Assembly: GCA_028282505.1 (NCBI GenBank)
Contig: JANQHV010000554.1
Span: 1 to 53,974 of the forward strand
Origin: SAR324 cluster bacterium
Lineage (GTDB): Bacteria > SAR324 > NAC60-12
Reading direction: 5' to 3'
Length of the DNA stretch: 53,974 nucleotides
Shown here piece after piece: positions 19,311 to 27,072 of the stretch. The notes beneath the pieces are model-generated. The model was not told the DNA's origin. It did no database searches and saw only the letters and a program-made list of their open reading frames with translations. Both the position numbers and the translations under genes were made by a program. Positions within the stretch are counted from its first letter, which is position 1. The number at the start of each line of letters is the position of its first letter.

Positions 19311-19510
19311 ATCAACGGTTATCAAAAATCACCTGAGACACAACGGCACTCACTTAAGAGTACGCTATGAGGAAACGGTGGGTGGTGAAATTCAGTATAT
19401 TCATAAATGAATGTTGAGATTCACTCAACTTGGAAACTAAAATGGCCAACGAACTGAGAAAAATCAGCGAAGACGAACTCCAGGAAATCCTGAAGAAGCA
19501 TGAGGAGTGG
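19311..19510 (+). repeat. Leader plus N-cap direct repeat copy 2
   Basis: Near-identical to 17764-17962. Confidence 0.95.
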
Positions 19511-20656
19511 AGAGGTTCTTTTGGAGGCATAGGCGAAAAAGCCGATCTCCGTGGAGCGGATCTCCGTGGAGCGGATCTCCGTGGAGCCAAGCTTAGTTAC
19601 TCCGATCTCAGTGGAGCCGATCTCACTGAAGCTAATCTCAATAGAGCCGATCTCAGTTACGCCAATCTCGCTGGAGCCGATCTCAGTTACGCTGGTCTCA
19701 CTGGAGCCAATTTCTTTGGAGCCAGTTTCTTTGAAGCCGATCTCACTGGAGCCAAGCTTAGTTCCTCCGATCTCAGTGGAGCCCAGCTCCTTAGTACCAA
19801 GCTCATTGGAGCCAATCTTGTTCTAACAAAGTTTAATGAAACGCTTATTGAACGTGTAGACTTTACTGGCGCAAAATTAAACCTTTTATCACTCCAAGGA
19901 GTTAAGTTTGGTTCAATTAAAAGTTGGGAAAATGCATCTTTCAAACAAGTGACTGTCGATCAGGAAGTCTACAATACCATTCCCTATAACTTGAAAGAGA
20001 AGTACAAGGACACGTTGGTGGTGAGTAATGTGATAGTGGATAAGGAAGGGGTGAAGGCTTCCTTTGAGTTTCCTAAGCATCTAAGAACCGCTTGTGAGCA
20101 ATATTTGATGTATTTCGGGGAATTTTTGAAAGATTTGGGAACTTCGGCTGACGTCACCGTAAGAAAAAAAGGCCAAGAAACATTATTCTCAGTGATTCCC
20201 GAAAAGCAGGAAAAAGCATTAGAAAAAATTAAAGATGCGTTATCATTCTATATTGGACTAACCATTGTTCCAGAAGATGAGATTCATATTGAACAAACAG
20301 AAGATCTAAGACAACAAATTTCGTTGAGTCGGCTTAAAGCTGAATATCACGATCTTAAAAAGAAAATTGAATCCAATGACGCAGAAAACGCGGCATTACA
20401 AATTGCGGTCAATGCTTTACAAGATAATGTTAAAATGAGCAAGGAAGCTCTCAGTGCTGTAATTTTGTTGTCTTTTAAGTCCATTGAAAAACAGGGCAAA
20501 AAAGAAGATAGCGAGAAGTTTCTAGAAGATGCGATCAAATTAACAAAATTGAGATTGCCAGGGGTCGAAATCGATTTACCTAAAGTGGTCGAGCAAAGTC
20601 GAAGGTTATTGCATCTCGACAAGAAGCCATCTACTCGAAAGAAAAAGGTGAAATAA
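19442..20656 (+). CDS. Pentapeptide-repeat protein with unnamed C-terminal domain and coiled coil
   Basis: Same N-cap (MANELRKISEDELQEILKKHEEW), about 25 pentapeptides, then FEFPKHLRTACEQYLMYFGEFLKDLG and a heptad-rich tail. Confidence 0.88.
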   Translation: MANELRKISEDELQEILKKHEEWRGSFGGIGEKADLRGADLRGADLRGAKLSYSDLSGADLTEANLNRADLSYANLAGADLSYAGLTGANFFGASFFEADLTGAKLSSSDLSGAQLLSTKLIGANLVLTKFNETLIERVDFTGAKLNLLSLQGVKFGSIKSWENASFKQVTVDQEVYNTIPYNLKEKYKDTLVVSNVIVDKEGVKASFEFPKHLRTACEQYLMYFGEFLKDLGTSADVTVRKKGQETLFSVIPEKQEKALEKIKDALSFYIGLTIVPEDEIHIEQTEDLRQQISLSRLKAEYHDLKKKIESNDAENAALQIAVNALQDNVKMSKEALSAVILLSFKSIEKQGKKEDSEKFLEDAIKLTKLRLPGVEIDLPKVVEQSRRLLHLDKKPSTRKKKVK

Positions 20657-20775
20657 TAACGAGATCACCTGCTGAACCATGTCGCGCAGTATGAACCCGA
20701 TATAGGGCCTCTATTTATTTTATCATAGATAGGTTAAATATATGTCCGCATATGGTTCAGACAGGTGGATTGGCT

Positions 20776-20858
20776 GATTAGGTGACAGGTAGGCAATAGC
20801 TTGTGGTAGGCAGTAGGCTTTGGTACAGTGGCGATTATTAATCGTCACTGGAGTGAAT
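20776..20858 (+). repeat. R1 repeat copy 3 (diverged), ending in the RBS of the second HTH gene
   Basis: GATTAGG..AGGCAATAGCTTGTGGT..TACAGTGGCG, hairpin CAGTGGCGATT/AATCGTCACTG (20826-20850), then GGAG and the ATG. Confidence 0.75.
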
Positions 20859-21089
20859 ATGGAAGAAAAAATAATGGACATTCAAGAATTAACCGATTTT
20901 GCCAATGAGTTGTTTGAAAAGTCAGGAAAGACCAAGGTTGCTTTTGCTGAAGAATTAGGTATTTCTCGCACAAATCTATATAAAGCCCTGACTGAGCCTA
21001 ATCCGTCATACGTGGCAACCAAAGAAAAAGTCTTGAATGCCTTTGGTTACGGTCTGCATGGGACAAAGTATAGTGTAGTTAAACTGTAA
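20859..21089 (+). CDS. Small XRE/Cro-like HTH protein, paralogue of 19028-19261
   Basis: GKTKVAFAEELGISRTNLYKAL. Same length and layout (M...EL..F....L...GY.L....Y.V.K). Confidence 0.85.
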   Translation: MEEKIMDIQELTDFANELFEKSGKTKVAFAEELGISRTNLYKALTEPNPSYVATKEKVLNAFGYGLHGTKYSVVKL

Positions 21090-21142
21090 TCTAAAAAAGA
21101 TTTCAAAATAACTTGACAGTATAATCTAATATAGATTACATT
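21087..21142 (+). promoter_or_regulatory. Sigma70-type promoter with palindromic operators
   Basis: TTGACA (21113-21118)-N18-TACATT. Perfect inverted repeat TAATCTA-ATA-TAGATTA (21122-21138) and a related AATCT-N5-AGATT (21088-21102). Confidence 0.7.
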
Positions 21143-21214
21143 AAAAACAGCAGATACGGAAATCCAACACGGAAGTTTTATAAAGTAATTCAGATGAACA
21201 AATAACTGAGCACT

Positions 21215-22324
21215 ATGTTCGACAAACTGACACACATCAACAAAAACGAACTCCAGGAAATCCTGAAGAAGCATGAGGAGTGGTTGGAGTCTGGCTACAA
21301 AAAAGGTGAAAGAGCCAATCTCAGTGGAGCCAAGCTCAGTTACATCAATCTCAGTGGAGCCAATCTCAGTGGAGCCAAGCTCAGAGAAGCCAATCTCAGT
21401 GGAACCGATCTCAGTAAAGCCAAGCTCAGTGACGCCGATCTCAGAGAAGCCGATCTCAGTAAAGCCAAGCTCAGTGACGCCTATCTCAGGAAAGCCAATC
21501 TCATTGAAGCCAATCTCACTGAAGCCGATCTCAGAGAAGCCGATATACATAATGCTACTTTTTCAAATGCTAATTTAGAGCGTGCTAATTTTCAACAAGT
21601 GAAATGCATCTCTATTGGGAATTGGGCGGGAGCTCAGTGTCATGGCACGATCATGGATGGGTATCTTTATCAAAAGCTCCAAAATGACTTGAAAGAGAAG
21701 TACAAAGACACGTTGGTGGTGAATAATGTGATAGTGGATCAGGAAGGGGTGAACGCTTTCTTTGAGTTTCCTGAAGATATCCGAACCGCTTGTGAAGAAT
21801 ACTTGATGTATTTTAGGCAATTTTTGAAAGACCAGGCTCTCACAGCAGAGGTCATGGTTAAAAATGAGGGAAAGAGCACGCTGTTTTCTGTGAAGCCTTC
21901 AGATAGGGGTGAAGCGCTGGAAAAGGTTCAAGAAGCACTGGGGATTTATCTAAATTTGCCTCAAGCATCGGAAAGCGACCTAAAAGTTCTAGAAGAGACA
22001 AATTTTAAGCAGCATATGGCCTTGGTTCGTTTGAAGCAAAAATGCCAGATGTTTAAATCACAGGCTGAAGTTTTTCAAAGTGAAGCCAATACCTTGAAAG
22101 AGTTGGTAAAAACCAAAGAGGAAGTTGTCAGAGCAAAGCAACAGACGATTGATATTGTCCAACATGACTTGAAGCTAATTCTGTCTTATTCTTTGCAATA
22201 TGTCAAAATCCATGGAAAACAGCAGAATCGGCAATCGTTTTTGGCAACCGTTGCTCAAAAAGTTGCAGCACCCGCACTCAAGCGGATTGTTGATAAATCA
22301 TTAAAGGCATTGCCTGAAGCCTAA
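21215..22324 (+). CDS. Pentapeptide-repeat protein with the same unnamed C-terminal domain and coiled coil
   Basis: ELQEILKKHEEW N-cap, about 20 pentapeptides, FEFPEDIRTACEEYLMYFRQFLKD. Confidence 0.88.
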   Translation: MFDKLTHINKNELQEILKKHEEWLESGYKKGERANLSGAKLSYINLSGANLSGAKLREANLSGTDLSKAKLSDADLREADLSKAKLSDAYLRKANLIEANLTEADLREADIHNATFSNANLERANFQQVKCISIGNWAGAQCHGTIMDGYLYQKLQNDLKEKYKDTLVVNNVIVDQEGVNAFFEFPEDIRTACEEYLMYFRQFLKDQALTAEVMVKNEGKSTLFSVKPSDRGEALEKVQEALGIYLNLPQASESDLKVLEETNFKQHMALVRLKQKCQMFKSQAEVFQSEANTLKELVKTKEEVVRAKQQTIDIVQHDLKLILSYSLQYVKIHGKQQNRQSFLATVAQKVAAPALKRIVDKSLKALPEA

Positions 22325-22653
22325 TAAACAATTATACAGATCCGCATAATATTACAAATTGAGTGTTATACGGATAAAAAATGATCAAAATTTCAAAAAT
22401 ATAATCTTTTTAGTATGAGATATACAGGACATTATCAAAGAAAATGTCTCAGAAACGATCAGGGCGGTATTATTCAAACCAGAGGACATAATACGAATTA
22501 ATTTTTTTCCAGTCACTTGCACTTTCAGAACCTGTATTGTCCTGCTTTAAGTGGATAGTCCGTTTCAACCAAGTGAAAATTACTTATGTTTCTTTGTCTA
22601 ACCTAAACTGTCAATAAAATAATATTTTAAAGTTAATTTAGAAAGGAAAAAAT

Positions 22654-22911
22654 ATGGAAAAAGCACGACTAACGAAACCCGAAATCAGTAAAAAGATAGA
22701 GAACAATACCACCATTCTTTCAGCACTTCGTCATTTGACCAAATGCCTTGGAGAGGAGGGAATAGAAGACAATGAAGAGGTGATTTCCACAATGGAGGCT
22801 TTATTTTTTTATCTGGAGCACCAATTTGAGAAGATCCAATATGACGTACTTCGTCTTCATACCGTTACTGTTTCTCCCGGAGAAGGATTTGATCCAACTC
22901 AACAATCGTGA
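22654..22911 (+). CDS. Small hypothetical helical protein
   Basis: ATG with AAGGA RBS. No recognisable motif. Confidence 0.5.
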   Translation: MEKARLTKPEISKKIENNTTILSALRHLTKCLGEEGIEDNEEVISTMEALFFYLEHQFEKIQYDVLRLHTVTVSPGEGFDPTQQS

Positions 22912-22949
22912 ATGACACCATTTAGTATTTATTCTCAACTCCAACGGAG

Positions 22950-23243
22950 ATGACCATGTTTGACACTTTTCAGGAACATCCATCCCAAGATTCCGGCGCT
23001 GCTGATTGGACTGCTATTTATGATGAGTTGGATGAATTCAGTGATTATTGTTGTTTTTTGTGTGATGCTTACGCCCTTATTGTCACTCGCTCCGAAGATG
23101 AGGTCATCGGAGAGAGAACCATCAGTGGAATCCGACGTTCTGCCAATTGGATGAAAGAGCGGCTAGAAGAAATCAATGCCAAATTCAGAAAAGCACAGGA
23201 ACAATCTTGTGAGGAAACAAACAAGAAAAAAGACACAATGTAA
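22950..23243 (+). CDS. Small acidic hypothetical protein
   Basis: GGAG RBS, co-oriented with the previous ORF. No recognisable family. Confidence 0.5.
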   Translation: MTMFDTFQEHPSQDSGAADWTAIYDELDEFSDYCCFLCDAYALIVTRSEDEVIGERTISGIRRSANWMKERLEEINAKFRKAQEQSCEETNKKKDTM

Positions 23244-23522
23244 ATTCCCCACCTCATATTCCCCATTTCTCTATTGATGTTTCACTGTGAGGATGCTAGC
23301 TAAAATTTAGTATTTCTCACAGATGAAACGCAAATCAATTGACTATCATTTCTTGACTCAAGGTCTGTGATAGAAATCAAGAAAATCAGAAATTTTTGCG
23401 AACAAACACATTCACACAGACCTGGAACCTTGCGCTTTTTTGCCAGTTTTTAGGAAATTTAAGTCGTTCGCTTTTTTGTCATGATGTGGCAAAATCACGG
23501 TACTATAGTGAAAATAATTTGA

Positions 23523-23591
23523 ATCTAACAACACGCTGCGAGGGAATTGCCTATATTGTACTTCGACAATCCCCAGAGCGCAGTGCTATCC
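23523..23591 (+). other. Degenerate integron attC-like site
   Basis: ATCTAAC-aacac-GCTGCGAGGGAATTG...CAATCCCCAGAGC-gcagt-GCTATCC: R''/L''/L'/R' spacing with an imperfect stem. R' has GCT instead of GTT. Confidence 0.45.
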
Positions 23592-23620
23592 AGCTAAGGA
23601 TGTAACTTTTTCCAAAATTA

Positions 23621-24133
23621 ATGAGTAATCAAATGAAACAATTGTCAATATTTTTAATTTCTATATACTTTTTTATCCTATCAGGTTGCTTTGCAGTTGA
23701 GACAAATTCAGATGAAAATGAATTTGTCACGTTTCAAATTCCTATCAACAAAGCCATTTTTTCAGAAAAAGCTGTATTAAATGTCAGATTGTATACAGAA
23801 GAACAATTGAAGATATTGGAAGAACAAGATTCCTGCTTTATTTCATATGACCAACAAAATGGAGAAAAAATCTCTTGTCCTGATGGCGTTGAATACCAAA
23901 AAATAATCCCGGAAGAATTTACATTCTTTATTCAGGATATTGAGAACCAGATTGAGGTTAAAAGTGTTTTTATTCAAACCGGGAAAAAATATCGCTTATT
24001 GGTCACCGGTCTGTACAACGATAATTGTAATACAACATCAGGTGGTATTATAGCAATTGCTCGTAGTGAAACAATCAAATTAGATGAACTATTTTGGATA
24101 ACGACAGCGATAGGATGCTTCTCAAATGGTTAA
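23621..24133 (+). CDS. Putative lipoprotein
   Basis: Lipobox LSGC after a hydrophobic signal. The stop codon lies inside GGTTAAC, which resembles an attC R'' box. Confidence 0.7.
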   Translation: MSNQMKQLSIFLISIYFFILSGCFAVETNSDENEFVTFQIPINKAIFSEKAVLNVRLYTEEQLKILEEQDSCFISYDQQNGEKISCPDGVEYQKIIPEEFTFFIQDIENQIEVKSVFIQTGKKYRLLVTGLYNDNCNTTSGGIIAIARSETIKLDELFWITTAIGCFSNG

Positions 24134-24266
24134 CAATTGGGTAGAGGCCGACCGGATGGGTAGCACATTTTTCCACAATTCTGGCGAATTATAGGTACGT
24201 TACTTTTGTATAAGCCTATGTTCCCATTTAGCAAATCGCGCAAGCGTTCGGCCGGAGATAACTATC

Positions 24267-24878
24267 ATGTTTCAAGACCAGATAATTCTTAGAACGGCAA
24301 AACCTAACCTTGATGAAGGACGATTGTTTGCCAACTTTCTCGACAGAGCAGCTGAAGGTTTTTTTCGTTTCTGGCTTGGTCCCAACGCCGTGGATATAGT
24401 TGCCGCAGCATTTATCCAGCCAAACCATGATTTGTCTTACCAGAATGTAATCTTCGCTGAACATGACAGGGTCATTTTGGGAATGACCTTAAGCTACACA
24501 GCCGAGCAGCATCGCAGCACATCAGACCAACCCTTGAAGTTGGCAGCAGGTAGATCTAGTTTGCGGATGAGAGCCATATCAATACTGTTTGCACCACTTC
24601 TGCGAATTATTGACACCATTCCCGATGGCGATTTCTATCTGCAAGCTATTGCGGTTGACAAGGAACTCGAAAGCAAAGGTGTTGGTTCGATTTTACTAGA
24701 TTGGATTGAGAACCGAGCTATTGCCTGTGGATCAGCAAGACTCGTCCTCGACGTTTCAGCAAAGAATGAGCGAGCTCGAAGTTTCTATGAGCGCCGTGGG
24801 ATGACCATCGAGTCGCAGTGGCCAAAGCGATTGCCTATATCAGGATTGAAATTCTATCGAATGGCAAAAGCACTCTAA
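24267..24878 (+). CDS. GNAT-family N-acetyltransferase
   Basis: FYLQAIAV.....SKGVGS.LL and LDV...NERARSFYERRG. Confidence 0.9.
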   Translation: MFQDQIILRTAKPNLDEGRLFANFLDRAAEGFFRFWLGPNAVDIVAAAFIQPNHDLSYQNVIFAEHDRVILGMTLSYTAEQHRSTSDQPLKLAAGRSSLRMRAISILFAPLLRIIDTIPDGDFYLQAIAVDKELESKGVGSILLDWIENRAIACGSARLVLDVSAKNERARSFYERRGMTIESQWPKRLPISGLKFYRMAKAL

Positions 24879-24911
24879 GTTCTAATAGATATCATCTCTG
24901 AATGCATATTA

Positions 24912-25086
24912 GAGGGTGTTTAAAAATTATGTTCCTACTGCAAAACTGCCAAAAATGGAGCGGATTTCCGGAATGCCGGACCACCAGAAATTCTCGTTAA
25001 ATAGTTCGCTATTCGCCTCAAATTTCTGAAAAATCTCTCTCATTTTGGACGATTTTTCGTCACGGAAATAATTTTTAAACGCCCTC
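24912..25086. mobile_element. 175-bp MITE, IS5-family-like
   Basis: 19-bp TIRs GAGGGTGTTTAAAAATTAT / ATAATTTTTAAACGCCCTC (18/19) with TTA duplicated on both sides (24909-24911, 25087-25089). Confidence 0.85.
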
Positions 25087-25166
25087 TTAGACTCCACCCA
25101 CTCCTTGTGCTTCTTCAGGATTTCCTGGAGTTCGTCTTTGCTGATTTTTCTCAGTTCGTTGGCCAT
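25087..25166 (-). pseudogene. 5' remnant (N-cap only) of a fourth pentapeptide-repeat gene, cut at the MITE
   Basis: MANELRKISKDELQEILKKHKEWVES matches the starts at 17894 and 19442. Similarity stops exactly at the MITE end. Confidence 0.85.
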
Positions 25167-25184
25167 CGTTGTTAGTCTCTGGGG

Positions 25185-25397
25185 TTAAGCTGGAATTTTG
25201 GTTACTTTGGGTTCAGGTAATGTGTCACCATGCTCTTGTGCGCTTTCTAACCATAAATCCATCGCTACTTTTACTTCGTGGAGTGCTTCTTCATAGGTTT
25301 CACCAAATGCAGAGCATCCTCTCAATTCCTCGACAATGGCAATGAACCCTTCATCTTCGAGACTCCAGAAAATCTTGATCGTGTATTTTGTTTCCAT
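25185..25397 (-). CDS. hicB: HicB-family antitoxin, short form without a DNA-binding domain
   Basis: YTIKIFWS.ED.GFIA.V.EL.GCSAFGETYEEAL......W......G..LPEP. Confidence 0.9.
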   Translation of the reverse strand: METKYTIKIFWSLEDEGFIAIVEELRGCSAFGETYEEALHEVKVAMDLWLESAQEHGDTLPEPKVTKIPA

Positions 25398-25398
25398 C

Positions 25399-25635
25399 TC
25401 ATTCTCCGTCAATTGCTTCTAGTGCTTGCTTGATTTGATATGGTTTTGCATTACCGGATTTGTCTGGTTGGAAATTCAAACGCCTCCTTGTTAGAGGATG
25501 TAAGAACAAATGATGACTTCCTCTCGTTCGATCTAATACAAATCCTTGATCCTTCAGCCATTGTACCACATCCTTAAACTTTATATTATTGGGATTGTTT
25601 CTAATTCTTTGATCCAGTTTTTCTTGTTTTCCCAT
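25399..25635 (-). CDS. hicA: HicA-family toxin
   Basis: NPNNIKF.D....L...GF...RTRGSHH.F.HP and AKPYQIKQ. Confidence 0.9.
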   Translation of the reverse strand: MGKQEKLDQRIRNNPNNIKFKDVVQWLKDQGFVLDRTRGSHHLFLHPLTRRRLNFQPDKSGNAKPYQIKQALEAIDGE

Positions 25636-25670
25636 CAAGTTTCCTTAACCTGTGTTTCAGTGTTAAGGTG

Positions 25671-25699
25671 ATTGTGCTTATTATGCACAATAGTGTCAA
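25671..25699 (-). promoter_or_regulatory. Sigma70-type promoter of hicAB with palindromic operator
   Basis: Minus strand reads TTGACA-N17-CACAAT. Perfect inverted repeat ATTGTGC-N7-GCACAAT (25671-25691). The -35 begins 16 bp after the stop of 25951-25715. Confidence 0.7.
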
Positions 25700-25714
25700 A
25701 TTTTATTGTGTCGA

Positions 25715-25951
25715 TTATGCACTTTTATCAAAATTAAGAAAAGTCTGAATGATACCCTTCACGTTTTTTGGTATGCCGTTCGTCCTCCACTTCGGGAACT
25801 GGGTACGATCAATCGGGTTTTCATCATCTCTCAAATGCTCAGATAATTTGGTAGCCAATTCGGTATCATCACTACAGCCCAACTTTTCCATCAGCTGAGC
25901 CAGCAATTCAACTGATTCCTGATCCTGATCTTTTTGAGGTTTACCTACCAT
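25715..25951 (-). CDS. Small CI/Cro-like HTH protein
   Basis: LMEKLGCSDDTELATKL...IDRTQFPKWRTNGIP resembles phage repressor HTH N-terminal domains. Confidence 0.55.
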   Translation of the reverse strand: MVGKPQKDQDQESVELLAQLMEKLGCSDDTELATKLSEHLRDDENPIDRTQFPKWRTNGIPKNVKGIIQTFLNFDKSA

Positions 25952-26009
25952 TCTTCAATTTCTGTTTGAGGTTAAAACCTCAGATTATCATCACCCGCGC
26001 AACGCACCA

Positions 26010-26059
26010 GCCTAATAATGTACATCGAGCAGACGAGCTGCTCATGTGGCTCATTATCC
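26010..26059 (+). other. Short degenerate attC-like hairpin
   Basis: GCCTAAT-aatgt-ACAT(C)GAGCAG-acgag-CTGCTCATGT-ggctc-ATTATCC: perfect stem with one extrahelical C at the L'' position. AAC/GTT is replaced by AAT/ATT. Confidence 0.45.
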
Positions 26060-26108
26060 CCTTTGGTATGGAGCCAATGACTTTTGGATTTGTCGAGATT
26101 CTTTGCAA

Positions 26109-26176
26109 GGTGAACGAGAAAATGAGCCATTTCAAAACCGCAGGGATTGAAATCTGTCTCAATTGGCTTGTCATGT
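26109..26176 (-). other. attC-like site downstream of the HigA-like gene
   Basis: Minus strand ACATGAC-aagcc-AAT(T)GAG..ATTTCAA...TTGAAAT..CTCATT-ttctc-GTTCACC. R'' matches GTTATGT at 26946-26940 upstream of the TA pair (6/7). Confidence 0.6.
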
Positions 26177-26187
26177 CATGCGCTCTA

Positions 26188-26511
26188 TTACGCACTCAAT
26201 CTATAGTCGAGTAGTTCTGGAAACCTGTCCAGTAACTCAAGGAGAACCTTTGTTGAGCCAGTAGGTTTTCTTTTTCCCTGCTCCCATTGTCTTACAGATG
26301 AAGGGCTAACATTTAGGACTTGAGCAAATACCGTTTGGCTCAGATTCATATTTTTTCTTATTTTTTGAATTTGTTGCGGAGATAAATCTATCTTTGGAAT
26401 CTTAACGCCCAGAGTATCTAATTCTTTCTTGGTGAAAGATGTTTTTAATCCAGCATTAAGCATTTGTTGAACAGTATCTCCTACTGCACTTGTTATTGAA
26501 TCTCTCATCAT
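26188..26511 (-). CDS. higA: HigA-like XRE-HTH antitoxin
   Basis: IQKIRKNMNLSQTVFAQVLNVSPSSVRQWEQGKRKPTG. Overlaps the toxin stop. Confidence 0.88.
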   Translation of the reverse strand: MMRDSITSAVGDTVQQMLNAGLKTSFTKKELDTLGVKIPKIDLSPQQIQKIRKNMNLSQTVFAQVLNVSPSSVRQWEQGKRKPTGSTKVLLELLDRFPELLDYRLSA

Positions 26512-26879
26512 TCATCCTCCAAATCAAATAATACTTTTTCAAGTATTGCCTGCTTTAATTCTTCTGAATTTAAATTCAAAAGATCACTCCCCAATTTTTT
26601 GAAATATTTTAATTCTGTTTTGCTGATATTATCTTTTTCATTTTTCCCAAAACCATATAGAAAAATAGCTCTGTCCTCTTTTCTATAAACTATGATTGTC
26701 CTAAAGCCTGAGCTTTTACCACTATGTTCTCTTTTTACACGAATTTTAAAAAGATCACTTCCCAAATTCGATGTGGAGAGATCCAATTCTAGATCTTCAA
26801 TAGCATCTAGTAAATCTTGGTTGCTCAACTTCACTTTTTTTGACCATTTTTGGAACCATTTGGTAACTAATTTATCCAT
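26508..26879 (-). CDS. higB: RelE/ParE (HigB-like) toxin
   Basis: LG..LFKIRV.R...GKSSGFRTII......IFLYGFGKNEKDNIS..E. Toxin-first gene order. Confidence 0.88.
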   Translation of the reverse strand: MDKLVTKWFQKWSKKVKLSNQDLLDAIEDLELDLSTSNLGSDLFKIRVKREHSGKSSGFRTIIVYRKEDRAIFLYGFGKNEKDNISKTELKYFKKLGSDLLNLNSEELKQAILEKVLFDLEDE

Positions 26880-27072
26880 AAAATCACTATACTACATTGT
26901 GATATAGTTAACAAGCAGGTTTCGAGGGATGAATGGAGGACATAACAGAGTCAATGGATCTTGCGGTATCTCCACTATTATGGAGGGAAACCTATCCAAT
27001 GGGAGATAGGAAGTCAATCATTTCATCTGCCAACTGTTTCGCCCCAGGAAGAAAATCAAACGGTGTTTTGGA

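Noticed and set aside
17924-21578. Repeat-rich ORFs such as 17924-18334(-), 17952-18311(+), 18130-18366(-), 19551-19826(+), 19687-19944(-), 21047-21550(-) and 21273-21578(+)
   Set aside because: They are shadow frames of the 15-bp pentapeptide repeats, which lack stop codons in several frames.
24927-25166. 79-aa ORF as an intact gene
   Set aside because: Only the first ~27 codons are PRP-derived. The rest is read-through into the MITE.
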